NCBI GenBank assembly: GCA_963663275.1
Contig: OY760183.1
Coordinates: 2,944,001 to 3,008,000 of the forward strand
Length of the DNA stretch: 64,000 nucleotides
Reading direction: 5' to 3'
DNA from: Chloroflexota bacterium
Lineage (GTDB): Bacteria > Chloroflexota > UBA11872 > VXOZ01
Shown: one piece after another, positions 47,599-58,192 of the stretch
Numbering within the stretch: the stretch's first letter is position 1
Layout of the letters: the number at the start of each line of letters is the position of its first letter
Translations under genes and position numbers: made by a program
Notes under the pieces: generated by a model
Databases searched by the model: none
What the model was told of the DNA's origin: nothing
The model's input: the letters and a program-made list of their open reading frames with translations, nothing else

Positions 47599-49569
47599 GT
47601 GAACACGCGGTTCATCAACACGCTGCTAAGGCAACTCCGGGTGTTAAGGCAACTCCCGGACACCCTCTTTTCCCTCTCCCGCTGGATAAATATCCATAAT
47701 CAACTCCGGGATTCCTCTTCTCCCCTCTCCCGCTGGGAGAGGGCTAGGGTGAGGGTCCGCAAGCATCTCCGGGACGTCCGCTCAACGGTTGTGCTCCTCG
47801 TGCGGGGACTCGCCCTGGGCCTCGCGCCCGCGCCGGGCGCGGCGGCGGCCCACGTTGCGCTGGCAGTGGTAGCCGCGGCCCTACCCGTGGCGCAGGTCTG
47901 GCTCGGCAAAGTGCTATTGGACCAGCTCTCGCTGGCAGTAAGCGGCGCCGTCATTGCGCTCTCAGCCATTCTGCTCACCGCCGCGCTCTATGCGCTGACG
48001 CTGGGCGCGCAAGCGGCCCTGGAACCCGTGCAGGAGACGCTCACCGCGTGGCTGGAAGACCGGGCCGTGGGGGAATTCGACCGCCGGGTCATGGCGGCCG
48101 GCGGCCGCTTAGTAGATCTCTATCAGGTTGAGCGCCCGTCCTTCCAGGACGATCTTGCCGTTGTCCAGTTCGGCAGTTTCACCGTGCCGCGGCTGGTCAC
48201 GTTCCTGCAGAGCGGCCTGCCTCCCGCCCTGACGTTGGTTGGACTGCTCGTCCTGCTCGCGCGCCTGCATCCACTCATCCCGCTCTTCCTGATGCTCGCC
48301 ACCGTGCCCTACCTCATCAGCGAACGCCGGATGGCAAAGAACCGTCACGAAGCCATTGCAAAGCAGTCCCGCGCCGCCCGGGAAATGGAATACTATACCC
48401 AGGTGACTACCGAACCCCAATCCGCCAAGGAGGTGCGCGTCTTCGGCCTGGGCGGGTTCTTCCTGCGCCGCTTCGAGCAGCGGCGCGCGCAGGCCCTCCG
48501 GGAACTTGACCGGGTGCGGCTCACCCACTTGCGCAACAACGGGTTCTTTGGCGCGCTCTACGCCGTGACCTTGGGCGGGGGATTCTGGTACGTGGCGGCC
48601 CAGGCCGGCGCCGGCCAACTGACGGTGGGCGACGTTGCCCTCTACCTGGGCGCCATCGCCCAAACCCAAGGGGCGCTCCGCTTCACAGGCATCTGGGCCG
48701 GCATGCTCTACGAAATCACCCTACGGCTCGACACCGTCTTTCGCTTCCTCGACCACAGCCGGCCGGAAATTGCCTTGCCCCAACCCAACGACGCGCGCGA
48801 CGCGCCTGGCCTGCTTCAAGAAGGCATCGCGCTGCGGAACGTCGCCTTCCACTACCCGGAGAGCGACGCAAACGTGCTACGCGAGATCAACGCCACGCTC
48901 CCCGCCGGCAAGGTTACGGCGCTGGTGGGCGTCAACGGGGCCGGCAAGAGCACCCTCGTCAAGCTCATCACCCGCATGTACGACCCCACAGAGGGGGACG
49001 TTCTGCTGGACGGCATGCCCCTGCGCGCCTACGACCTGGAGAGCCTGCGGCGGCGCATCGCCGTGGTCTACCAGGACTTTGCCCAGTTTGCGTTGAGCCT
49101 GGGCGAGAACATCACCGTAGGCGCGGGCGGGCTGGACGCGAGCGACGCGCGTATGAGGCAAGCGGCGGCGTGGGCCGGAGCGGACCAGGTTGCCGCGAAC
49201 CTGGCGCGCGGCTACGATACGCAGCTTACGCGGCGGTTCTCCGGCGGCACTGAGCTTTCCGGCGGCGAGTGGCAGAAGGTGGCGCTGGCGCGCGGCTTCA
49301 TGCGCGACGCCGCTTTCGTCATTCTGGATGAACCCACCGCCGCGCTGGACGCCGAGGCCGAATACCATCTCTTCCAACGCTTCCGCGAGTTGGCGGCCGG
49401 CAAGACCGCCCTTATCATCTCCCACCGCTTCTCAACCGTGCGCATGGCGGACAATATCCTCGTCCTGGAGGATGGCGCGATCTTGGAGAACGGTTCCCAC
49501 GCGGACCTCATGGCCGCCAACGGCCGCTACGCCACGCTCTACGCGATGCAGGCAAGCTGGTATCGCTAA
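47599..49569 (+). CDS. ABC exporter, fused permease/ATPase (probable heterodimer partner)
   Basis: GVNGAGKS, LSGGEWQK, LDEPT, ISHRFSTV; N-terminus contains a family D repeat; start uncertain. Confidence 0.9.
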   Translation: MNTRFINTLLRQLRVLRQLPDTLFSLSRWINIHNQLRDSSSPLSRWERARVRVRKHLRDVRSTVVLLVRGLALGLAPAPGAAAAHVALAVVAAALPVAQVWLGKVLLDQLSLAVSGAVIALSAILLTAALYALTLGAQAALEPVQETLTAWLEDRAVGEFDRRVMAAGGRLVDLYQVERPSFQDDLAVVQFGSFTVPRLVTFLQSGLPPALTLVGLLVLLARLHPLIPLFLMLATVPYLISERRMAKNRHEAIAKQSRAAREMEYYTQVTTEPQSAKEVRVFGLGGFFLRRFEQRRAQALRELDRVRLTHLRNNGFFGALYAVTLGGGFWYVAAQAGAGQLTVGDVALYLGAIAQTQGALRFTGIWAGMLYEITLRLDTVFRFLDHSRPEIALPQPNDARDAPGLLQEGIALRNVAFHYPESDANVLREINATLPAGKVTALVGVNGAGKSTLVKLITRMYDPTEGDVLLDGMPLRAYDLESLRRRIAVVYQDFAQFALSLGENITVGAGGLDASDARMRQAAAWAGADQVAANLARGYDTQLTRRFSGGTELSGGEWQKVALARGFMRDAAFVILDEPTAALDAEAEYHLFQRFRELAAGKTALIISHRFSTVRMADNILVLEDGAILENGSHADLMAANGRYATLYAMQASWYR

Positions 49570-49676
49570 GCAGCGCCGTCATTGCGCGCGGGCCTCTTCG
49601 TTGGTGGATCAATGCAACCCTCCCACCACCGGCTAGAGCCGGAGCCCTCGCAAGGCGTTCACCCTTTGGCCAAGAA

Positions 49677-49918
49677 GCGGGGGACAAGCCCCAAGGGTAT
49701 CGCGTAAACGTAGCGCGGGGGCTTGTCCCCCGCCAGAGCAAGAACACTAGCTCCACAAAGGTTTGATCGAACAAAGACGCAGGTTTAATCCACTCCGTTA
49801 GCGCTTCTCTTGTTCCGGCGGGGGACAAGCCCCCGCGCTACATTAACACGACTGCATTGGGGACTTCCCACCGCGCTATGTTAACGCGGCAACGTTGGGG
49901 ACTTCCCACCGCGCTACG
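49677..49918. repeat. REP-A cluster with MITE-4 end fragments
   Basis: REP-A at 49709 (+) and ~49818 (-); TTAACACGACTGCATTG and TTAACGCGGCAACGTTG end-like motifs. Confidence 0.8.
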
Positions 49919-50026
49919 TTCTGAGCGCCGTGCCTGAGACCCGCGCGCTGCGGCACGCAGCTACGGTGCTGTCAAGAGTGAATGCAAACAATTTATCGAA
50001 AAGTCTCTAATCCATGCCGTTTTCAC

Positions 50027-50056
50027 TTGACGTAGTCTCTGTATTAAGTTTATAAT
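50027..50056 (+). promoter_or_regulatory. Sigma70-type promoter of the ABC operon
   Basis: TTGACG-N18-TATAAT in an AT-rich patch. Confidence 0.65.
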
Positions 50057-50160
50057 CTCTAAAGACGATGTTAATTCTTGTCGAACGGGAAGAGTGACGA
50101 GATGATTGCAGAGAGCGCCGCGAGGCAAGCGCGGCGGTGGCGCAGACGACGGGAGCACCA

Positions 50161-51066
50161 GTGAGCCAGCCCCTCATAGAAGCGGAAAACCTGACCAAAC
50201 ACTACGGCAAGACGATCGCGCTGCACGACGTTGACATGCGGGTCAACGCGGGCATCACCGGTCTGCTTGGGCCGAACGGAGCGGGCAAGAGCACGGCCAT
50301 GAAGCTCTTTCTGGGGTTGCTCACGCCCACCGCCGGGTCCGCGACGGTCCTGGGCGAGAAGCCGTATGAAAACGTCGCCGCCCGCATGAGGCTGGGCTAC
50401 ATGCCAGAGCACGACTGCCTGCCCGACTTTCTCACGGCGTCCGAGTTCCTCAGCCACATGGCGCAGATCAGCGGCATTCCGCCCAAGCACGCCCGCACCC
50501 GCGCCGCGGACATGCTCCGCCACGTGGGCCTGGACGAGGAACGCTACCGCCACATCAAAGAGTACTCCACCGGCATGAAGCAGCGGGTCAAGCTGGCGCA
50601 AGCCCTGGTGCACGACCCGGCGCTGGCGCTGCTGGACGAACCGACCGCCGGCCTCGATCCCGCCGGACGCGAGGAGATGCTGGAACTCGTGCGGCGCACC
50701 GGCCGGGAGTTTGGCATCAACATCATGCTCTCCTCCCACCTCATGGGGGACGTGGAGAGCACGTGCGAACGCATCATCGTCATCGAAGGCGGCGTCGTCA
50801 TCGAGCAGGGCGACGTGTCCGAGTTCACCCAGGAAGGCGAGACGTTCCACGTCGAAGTGGACGATCGCCGCGATGCGTTTATTGCCGCGCTCGAACGGCG
50901 CGGCCTGGAGCCGAGCCTCAGCGGCGCGTCGCTGGTCGTGCGCCTGCGCGGCGACGACCAGCTCGACGACATCCGCGACGCGCTGGCGGAGACCGGCGCG
51001 CGCCTGCGCCGGCTCGCGCCCAGCCGCGGCGAACTCTCAGACATCTTCCGGAGGAGCGCGGGATGA
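50161..51066 (+). CDS. ABC transporter ATP-binding protein
   Basis: GPNGAGKST, YSTGMKQR, LLDEPT, SSH. Confidence 0.93.
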   Translation: MSQPLIEAENLTKHYGKTIALHDVDMRVNAGITGLLGPNGAGKSTAMKLFLGLLTPTAGSATVLGEKPYENVAARMRLGYMPEHDCLPDFLTASEFLSHMAQISGIPPKHARTRAADMLRHVGLDEERYRHIKEYSTGMKQRVKLAQALVHDPALALLDEPTAGLDPAGREEMLELVRRTGREFGINIMLSSHLMGDVESTCERIIVIEGGVVIEQGDVSEFTQEGETFHVEVDDRRDAFIAALERRGLEPSLSGASLVVRLRGDDQLDDIRDALAETGARLRRLAPSRGELSDIFRRSAG

Positions 51067-52150
51067 GCCAGGCGCAGGGCGAAATCTACGACCTCGGCTA
51101 CCAGCACTACGACGGCCCGCGCGGCGGCAGGCTCCAGGCCGTGTGGTCGCTCTGGGTCAACGGCTTCCGCACCACGCTCGGCCTGGGCCGGGGCGCACGC
51201 GCCAAGGTCCTGCCGGCGCTCATGGCGCTCGTTGCCGTCGCCCCAACCGCCGTTTTCCTCGTGCTGGCGGCAATCGTGCCGCTCGGCCCGCCCGACGGCG
51301 GCGTCCACGCCAGCTTCTACCGCGCCACGGCCCTCCTGCTGCTGCTCTTCGCCGCCATCATCGCCCCGGAACTGCTCATTCCCGACCGGCGGAGCGGCGT
51401 CTTCACGCTCTATCTCGTGCGCCCGCTCACGGCCTTCGACTACGTGGCGGCGCGCTGGGCCGCCTTCCTCTGCGTCATCCTGGCGGTAACGCTCTGCGGG
51501 CAAGTCCTCGTGCTCGGCGCCAACTTGCTGCTGGCCGAAGCGCCCATGACGTTCCTGCGGGAGAACTGGCAGGATATACCCCGCTTCATCCTGGGCGGCG
51601 TCATCGTCGCGCTGTTCGTGACCACGATTCCCATGGCGGTGGCGGCCTTTACCGAGCGGCGGGCCTACGCCGCGGCGTTCGTCATTGCCGTTTTTGTCAT
51701 CACCACACCCATGGCAAGCGTGCTGGCGGCGGAATGGTGCGAAACGACAGTGACGGAGAACGGCAGCGGTGGTGAAGTGGAGATTGTCGTTGGCGAAAGC
51801 GCAAGCGAGGGCGGGCCGCGAGAACAAGCGGCGCAATCACGCCAAGAAACCCAGCAAGACGCGACCCAGGAAGAGCGCGTCCGGCAAGATGAATCGGGCG
51901 CGCAACAGGAACCGCCGGTAGCCGAAGAATGCCGCCGCATCACCGGCGACTACGCCAAATGGTTCGCGTTGCTGGACGTCGGCCGCGCCCCCACGCACCT
52001 CATCGACCTGCTGTTCAGCGTTCAGCCGGAAGAAGACCAAACGGCCGTCGCCATCGGCGAACTGCCGCGGGCCGTGCCCATCGCCTGGTACGCGCTCCTG
52101 GTTCTCGCGCCGGGCGCGATTCTGCTGCTGCGCTATCGGAGGATGAGTAT

Positions 52151-52154
<4 letters not shown>
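51063..52154 (+). CDS. ABC-2 type transporter permease
   Basis: IYDLGYQHYDG, multiple TMs, LYLVRPLT; ATGA overlap. Confidence 0.85.
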
Positions 52155-53080
<926 letters not shown>

Positions 53081-53081
53081 G

Positions 53082-53804
53082 ATGGCTGAGATATTCGCGC
53101 TTTCACTCCGGCAACTTCTCGGCCGCTGGCGCGTGCTGGTGATTGTGCTGCTCGCCGCCCTGCCGTCGCTGCTCGTGCTGCTCATCAGGCTGGTTGGCGA
53201 GGGCAACCTTGCCTTTCACGAGGAGTTCATCGGCGTCATCATCGACGCCATGATCACCGGCGGCATCCTGCCCATCGTCACCCTGACTCTCGCCACCGCC
53301 GCCTTTGGCAACGAACTGGAAGACAAGACGCTCTACTACCTCGTGCTGAAACCGGTCTCGCGGCTGTCGATCGTGCTCGCGAAACTGCTTGCCACCTTGG
53401 TGGTGGCCCTGCCGCTGGTGGTGGCGAGCGGCGTGGTGGCGTCGGCGCTGGTGGGCGCGGAGGCGCGCATCCTGGGCACGATTGCCGTCGCGCTTGCCGC
53501 CGGCGTTGCCGCCTACGCCGCGATCTTCACGTTTGCCGGACTGTTGACGCCGCGGGCGCTGGCGTACGGCCTGGTGTACGTGCTCGTGTGGGAAGGATTG
53601 CTCAGCACGTTCGTCGGCGGCATTGGCTACCTGAGCGTGCGCGGCTACACGCTCGCGCTGCTGCACGGCTTCGATGAGCAGAGTTTTGCCGTGTTCGCGG
53701 AGCGTGTGATCGAGTTCCCCGCCGCCATCATCGGCACCGGCGTCGTCATCGTGGGCTTCTTCTTGCTGGCGCTCTACCGCCTGCGCACCATGGACGTGCC
53801 CTAG
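53082..53804 (+). CDS. ABC-2 type transporter permease
   Basis: Six TMs; ELEDKTLYYLVLKPVSR. Confidence 0.88.
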   Translation: MAEIFALSLRQLLGRWRVLVIVLLAALPSLLVLLIRLVGEGNLAFHEEFIGVIIDAMITGGILPIVTLTLATAAFGNELEDKTLYYLVLKPVSRLSIVLAKLLATLVVALPLVVASGVVASALVGAEARILGTIAVALAAGVAAYAAIFTFAGLLTPRALAYGLVYVLVWEGLLSTFVGGIGYLSVRGYTLALLHGFDEQSFAVFAERVIEFPAAIIGTGVVIVGFFLLALYRLRTMDVP

Positions 53805-53837
53805 CGCCGCCCACGGACGACAATGCCTTCGCCAACC

Positions 53838-54095
53838 GTAGCGCGGGGGATCGTCCCCCGCCTAACTCTTCCCGTAGCGCGGGGGCTTGTCCCCCGCCAG
53901 CGCAACACACGCAGGTTACAAACCTACGCTACCAGACTACTGCACCCGCAACGCGGGAGGCTCGTCCCCCGCCTAATCTCTTCCCGTAGCGCGGGGGCTT
54001 GTCCCCCGCCTGTTCAACACGCGCAGGTTACAAACCTACGCTACCGGACTACGGACGCCGTAGCGTGGGGGCTTGTCCCCAATGCTGTCGCGTAA
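53838..54095. repeat. BIME-like REP-A/REP-B cluster ending in a MITE-4 end
   Basis: Five to six REP-A, two REP-B, then CAATGCTGTCGCGTAAA. Confidence 0.85.
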
Positions 54096-54115
54096 AGCTA
54101 ATGAGCACTGTACTA

Positions 54116-54240
54116 CCCGTTCGTGCTGAGCCTGTCGAAGCATGAACGGCTATTCGCCACCTTTCGGCGGTTCCGTTCACCCTTCGACGCGGCTCAGGGC
54201 GAACGTTCCTCGTGCAGACAAAACGATCGTAAACAGGTTC
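54116..54240 (-). mobile_element. Partial MITE-3 copy
   Basis: Reverse-complement match to the left part of 17539-17731, ending CGATCGTAAACAGGTTC. Confidence 0.75.
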
Positions 54241-54370
54241 TTAGGGACGAGCAGGCTAGATGACGTGACGTGCCACATCTTAGGACTGTGAAGCACTCGC
54301 TGTGTGTTCTGTCCGTTCAGTGGTTGCTATCTGCGGACCACGTCGCGTCAGAGATAGCCACTCTTTGCAC

Positions 54371-55090
54371 TCATTGCGAGAGATAGGGCGTCAATTCAAA
54401 AAGCGATGTGATTTCCAAATCAGGTTGGGCATCATTCTTGCTCCGTCCTGTCCCGTCCCGATTTAGCCACACCGAGCAAAGACCGGCCGCATTCGCGCCG
54501 GCTACGTCAGCCGCCAGGCTATCTCCCACGTGCCATACATGCTTGCCGGATACACCAAGAGCCTTAAGCACAAAAGTAAACGCGCGTTTGTCCGGTTTGG
54601 CCACGCCAGTCTCCCCAGAGATGGAGAAAGCGTTGAACAAATCGGCTATTCCCATAGCCTCGATCTTGTTTCGCTGTGTGTCGGCGGCGCCATTCGTCAC
54701 CAGAGCTACGGGGACGCGCGCCTGCCGCACTGCAGCAATCAGTCCCGCTACGTCACTGAATGGCTGATACGAATCCCAGGCAAAGCGCAAGTGTGTCTTG
54801 GCTGCAAATTGAGCGAGTGATTCGTCATGGTTGCCACATGCCTGAAGCGTCCTGCGCCAGGTTTCAAGAGTGAGTTCGGCGCCGCTCAGTCTGCCCAGCG
54901 TCCAAGCGTCATGACTCTCCGGCCCGCGGGTACTGAACACTGCGTGATTGGCCTCCCGCAGCCGCTCTGCCTCTAACCCCGGCCGTAGCAACGCTACTTT
55001 CTCACAGGTTCGCACGACGGATTGCGGGAAAAAGCTGCCGTCCAGCAGTGTATCGTCCAGATCAAGAAGAAGTGCGCACACTCGTCTCAT
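54371..55090 (-). CDS. HAD family hydrolase
   Basis: DLDDTL, VTNG, KPD, HVGDSLAADVAGA. Confidence 0.9.
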   Translation of the reverse strand: MRRVCALLLDLDDTLLDGSFFPQSVVRTCEKVALLRPGLEAERLREANHAVFSTRGPESHDAWTLGRLSGAELTLETWRRTLQACGNHDESLAQFAAKTHLRFAWDSYQPFSDVAGLIAAVRQARVPVALVTNGAADTQRNKIEAMGIADLFNAFSISGETGVAKPDKRAFTFVLKALGVSGKHVWHVGDSLAADVAGANAAGLCSVWLNRDGTGRSKNDAQPDLEITSLFELTPYLSQ

Positions 55091-56022
55091 AACTCGGCCT
55101 CGATGCGTCCGAAGTCCCGCAGCGTTCTCAGGGTGCGCAGCGTAATGCGCGCCTGCCACTCGCGCCGGGCGACCTGCCACGCCGCCGGGTGTTGCTCGCC
55201 CCACGAGAAGGTGGGCGACCACGCGCCGTCCGCGCCCTGTTGCTCAAGCTCGTAGTCCAGGTTCATCGCCACCTCAGCCGCCAACCCGGCCGCCAGCGGC
55301 GTATCCGGCGACGGCGCCACGTCCAAGGGCCGCAGCACGTAGCCGCTCAATTGCTCCCGCTCCCGGGCGACGCCGTGTTCTGCCGCCTTAGCCAATTTCG
55401 CCCAGACGCGCTCGCGGTGGGATTGGGGCAGCGCCGCGGTCTGTGCCAGGCTGGCAAAGCAGAGCACGTCGTGCATCTCCATCTCGTCCGGCAGCGAATC
55501 CAGGTGCGCGAAAACCGCTGTCGTTAACGTCTCTACCAACTCCTCCGGTACCGCGGCCCGGTAGTCGTGCAGGTAGCCGACAATCTCCACGCGCGGGTTG
55601 ACCAAGAACCCGCCAAAGCCCGCCTCGCTTGCCGCGTAGTCCCACCACGGCGCGTGGGGCGCGTCCTCAACCTCCGGCGGCACGATCGGCCACACCTGCC
55701 GGGACTCGTCGTACGTTTCGAGCAAGTACGCGATGCCCCTCTGCGCCATTTCATGGTCTACAGGCACACCCAGCGACCGAAAATTCTGGAATGCTATGGT
55801 CGTCGCGATCACCGACGACGCCGGCGTTCTGAGATCCGGTTCCAGGCCGTGGCCGAAACCGCCGTCGTCGTTCTGGTACGCCGCCAGCGCGGAGAGAACA
55901 TCATCCGCGCTCCCATCCTCGAAGTGGTAAGCGAGCAGCGCCCGGTCCAGGTCCCTGCCCTGCTCTTTCACAAAAGCAATCGCGCGGCGAAATCCCGACA
56001 GTGTAAGGCGCTTCATCTCCAT
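55087..56022 (-). CDS. Hypothetical protein with prenyltransferase/squalene-oxidase-like repeats
   Basis: YQNDDGGFGHGLEPD, PHAPWW, QGADGAW motifs. Confidence 0.7.
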   Translation of the reverse strand: MEMKRLTLSGFRRAIAFVKEQGRDLDRALLAYHFEDGSADDVLSALAAYQNDDGGFGHGLEPDLRTPASSVIATTIAFQNFRSLGVPVDHEMAQRGIAYLLETYDESRQVWPIVPPEVEDAPHAPWWDYAASEAGFGGFLVNPRVEIVGYLHDYRAAVPEELVETLTTAVFAHLDSLPDEMEMHDVLCFASLAQTAALPQSHRERVWAKLAKAAEHGVAREREQLSGYVLRPLDVAPSPDTPLAAGLAAEVAMNLDYELEQQGADGAWSPTFSWGEQHPAAWQVARREWQARITLRTLRTLRDFGRIEAEL

Positions 56023-56140
56023 CCTCGCTCAATCTGCGAAAACATCAGTCGCTATGGAAGCCGCATGTACTCCCTCTCACGTGAGAGTAGCACATTTCCC
56101 CGTAACCACCGCTTCTACCCAAGCGGGGAATGATGTCCGC

Positions 56141-56308
56141 GTAGCGCGGGGGCTTGTCCCCCGCCAGCGCAACACGCGCAGGTTGCAAACCTACGCTACC
56201 GCAATTCTACAGCCGTAGCGCGGGGGCTTGTCCCCCGCCAGCGCAACACGCGCAGGTTGCAAACCTACGCTACCGCAATTCTACAGCCGTAGCGCGGGGG
56301 CTTGTCCC
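56141..56308. repeat. 74-bp tandem BIME-like units (REP-A + inverted REP-B)
   Basis: GTAG starts at 56141, 56215 and 56289. Confidence 0.9.
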
Positions 56309-56484
56309 TAATGTCGTCGCATTAAACGCAATGAGAATGAAAACTACGCTCGTCTTTCCGGTAGCGCAGGTTCGCACGGGAGGTGCGCGTAACCTGCGTC
56401 TTCCGTACGGTCAGTCCATGCCATTCTCACTTTTCCTGTTCCGGCGGGGGACAAGCCCCCGCGCTACGTTAAGCGACAGCAATG
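56309..56484 (-). mobile_element. MITE-4 (176 bp) inserted into REP-A, opposite orientation to the 13376 copy
   Basis: Ends TAATGTCGTCGCATTAA / TTAAGCGACAGCAATG; GGGCTTGTCCC on both sides. Confidence 0.85.
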
Positions 56485-56705
56485 GGGCTTGTCCCCCGCC
56501 GGAGCCGTTTCTACCCAGGCGAGGATTGCTGTATTCCTATCGCACGTCAAGCACTTGACAATTGCGCCGAATTTCAGAGTGCTGCTATAGTATGCCCTAA
56601 GCGGCTTGATGGAACGAAAGGAGGCGGAAAACAGCGTAGTATCAGCCGCGCAAGGCCCGGTTACTTTTCCATGATTCGGTCACTTCCTCTTGAAGGAGGG
56701 AAACC

Positions 56706-58055
56706 ATGGCGGATACACTTTCCCGGCGAACATTGCTGCGCGGCGCGCTGGCAACCGGCGCGGTCGCGCTAGCGGCAGCCTGCGGCACGGTACCGGTTAC
56801 GACGCCGGATGCGGGACAAGCCGACGATGCGCCCAAGGCCGCGGAGGCCGCGCCCAAGGATGAAGGCCCCAAGACAATCAACTTCCTCCACGTGCTCGAG
56901 GGCCAGAATGAAACCTGGCGCAACGGCTGGGCGGAAGTTGTCGAGACGTTTGAGGCCAAGAATCCCGACCAGAAGATCGCGATTGCCGACTCCGCGTTTG
57001 GCGACTTGCCCACCAAAGCGGCAGCGGCGCAAGCCGGCGGGATCAAATTCGACATCATCTACGGCTACTTCGGGTGGGTAGGTACCTTTGTCGCGGGGAA
57101 CATCGTCCAGCCGCTCGATCCCATCATTGCCACAGACCCGGAAATTGATCCCAGCAACTTCCACGAGGCCGCAAAATGGATCCACAAGGGCCAGAATTAC
57201 GGCGTGGCCTGGTGGATCAACTCGCGGGAAATCTGGTACAACAAGAGCCTCATCGTCAACGCCGGCCTCAAGACCCCCACCGAGCTCGAGGCCGAGGGCA
57301 ATTGGACCTGGGAAGCCGCATTGGAAGCGGCCCAGAAGCTCACCCAGCGCCAGGGCGATGAAGTCGTGAAAGGCGGCCTCGGCACGCAGCCGAACTATCC
57401 GTCCGTGCTGACGTATTACTCCTGGGCCTGGGGCGCAGACTTCTGGAACCCGGATTGCACCCAGGCCGGATTTGGCAGCGACGCCTTCCGCGAGGCGCTG
57501 CAATTTCAAGCGGATACCTTTACCAAGCACCGCGTGCAGGGCGGCAACTACTTCGAGGGCAACACGGCCCTCTATCACACCGGACACTTCCAGATCCGGC
57601 GCATTAACGAGCAGGTCACGCCGACGAACCTGTTCGAGGTCGGCATGGCGCCGGTTCCCAATGGGCCGGGCGGGCGCAAGGCCGCCTATGCGGTGGTTGC
57701 CATCCACCTCGGTTCACAGGCCGAGAACGCCGAAGGCGGCTGGGACTTCATCAAGCACACGGTAATCGGCGACCTGCAAGAAATCTGGATCCCGCAGGGC
57801 GGCGGACGCTATCCGGCGGACTTGCGCCGGGAGCCGATTACGACCAAGGACTATGAGGACGCCAGCGTCTACAAGAAGATGGCGGAAATCGCCAACGCGA
57901 CGCCGACGCTCATCCAACAGGGCGACTTCAACGACATCTGGCGCAACGAGACGTGGCCGGCAATCTTGGAAGGCGCCATCACGGTGCCCGAAGCGCTGCA
58001 GAAGACGCAGGATCATGTCCAAGGCTGGCTGGACGACCGCGGCTGTCTCTGGTAG
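56706..58055 (+). CDS. Sugar-type ABC solute-binding lipoprotein, Tat signal
   Basis: SRRTLL, LAAAC lipobox, WYNKSL...WTW; AAGGAGG RBS. Confidence 0.88.
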   Translation: MADTLSRRTLLRGALATGAVALAAACGTVPVTTPDAGQADDAPKAAEAAPKDEGPKTINFLHVLEGQNETWRNGWAEVVETFEAKNPDQKIAIADSAFGDLPTKAAAAQAGGIKFDIIYGYFGWVGTFVAGNIVQPLDPIIATDPEIDPSNFHEAAKWIHKGQNYGVAWWINSREIWYNKSLIVNAGLKTPTELEAEGNWTWEAALEAAQKLTQRQGDEVVKGGLGTQPNYPSVLTYYSWAWGADFWNPDCTQAGFGSDAFREALQFQADTFTKHRVQGGNYFEGNTALYHTGHFQIRRINEQVTPTNLFEVGMAPVPNGPGGRKAAYAVVAIHLGSQAENAEGGWDFIKHTVIGDLQEIWIPQGGGRYPADLRREPITTKDYEDASVYKKMAEIANATPTLIQQGDFNDIWRNETWPAILEGAITVPEALQKTQDHVQGWLDDRGCLW

Positions 58056-58067
58056 ACGAGACAATTG

Positions 58068-58106
58068 AACCAGGGGAGCGTGACCCGCTCCCCTGGTTTT
58101 CTTTTT
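58068..58106 (+). terminator. Rho-independent terminator
   Basis: AACCAGGGGAGCG-TGACC-CGCTCCCCTGGTT followed by TTCTTTTT. Confidence 0.85.
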
Positions 58107-58192
58107 ACAATGCAAGGGCTGGGACTTCATACGTGCTTGCAACGGCACATTAAGCCAGTCCAGCTTGTGTCCGCTATTCTGACAACGGGGAG

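Noticed and set aside
45654-47699. Long overlapping or antisense ORFs (also 20118-21698, 6334-7806, 35407-36786)
   Set aside because: Shadow frames expected in high-GC DNA; no motifs; they overlap well-supported genes.
56546-56591. Sigma70 promoter TTGACA...TATAGT for the SBP gene
   Set aside because: The 25-bp spacing is too long. The palindrome GTCAAGCACTTGAC may be an operator but has no other support.
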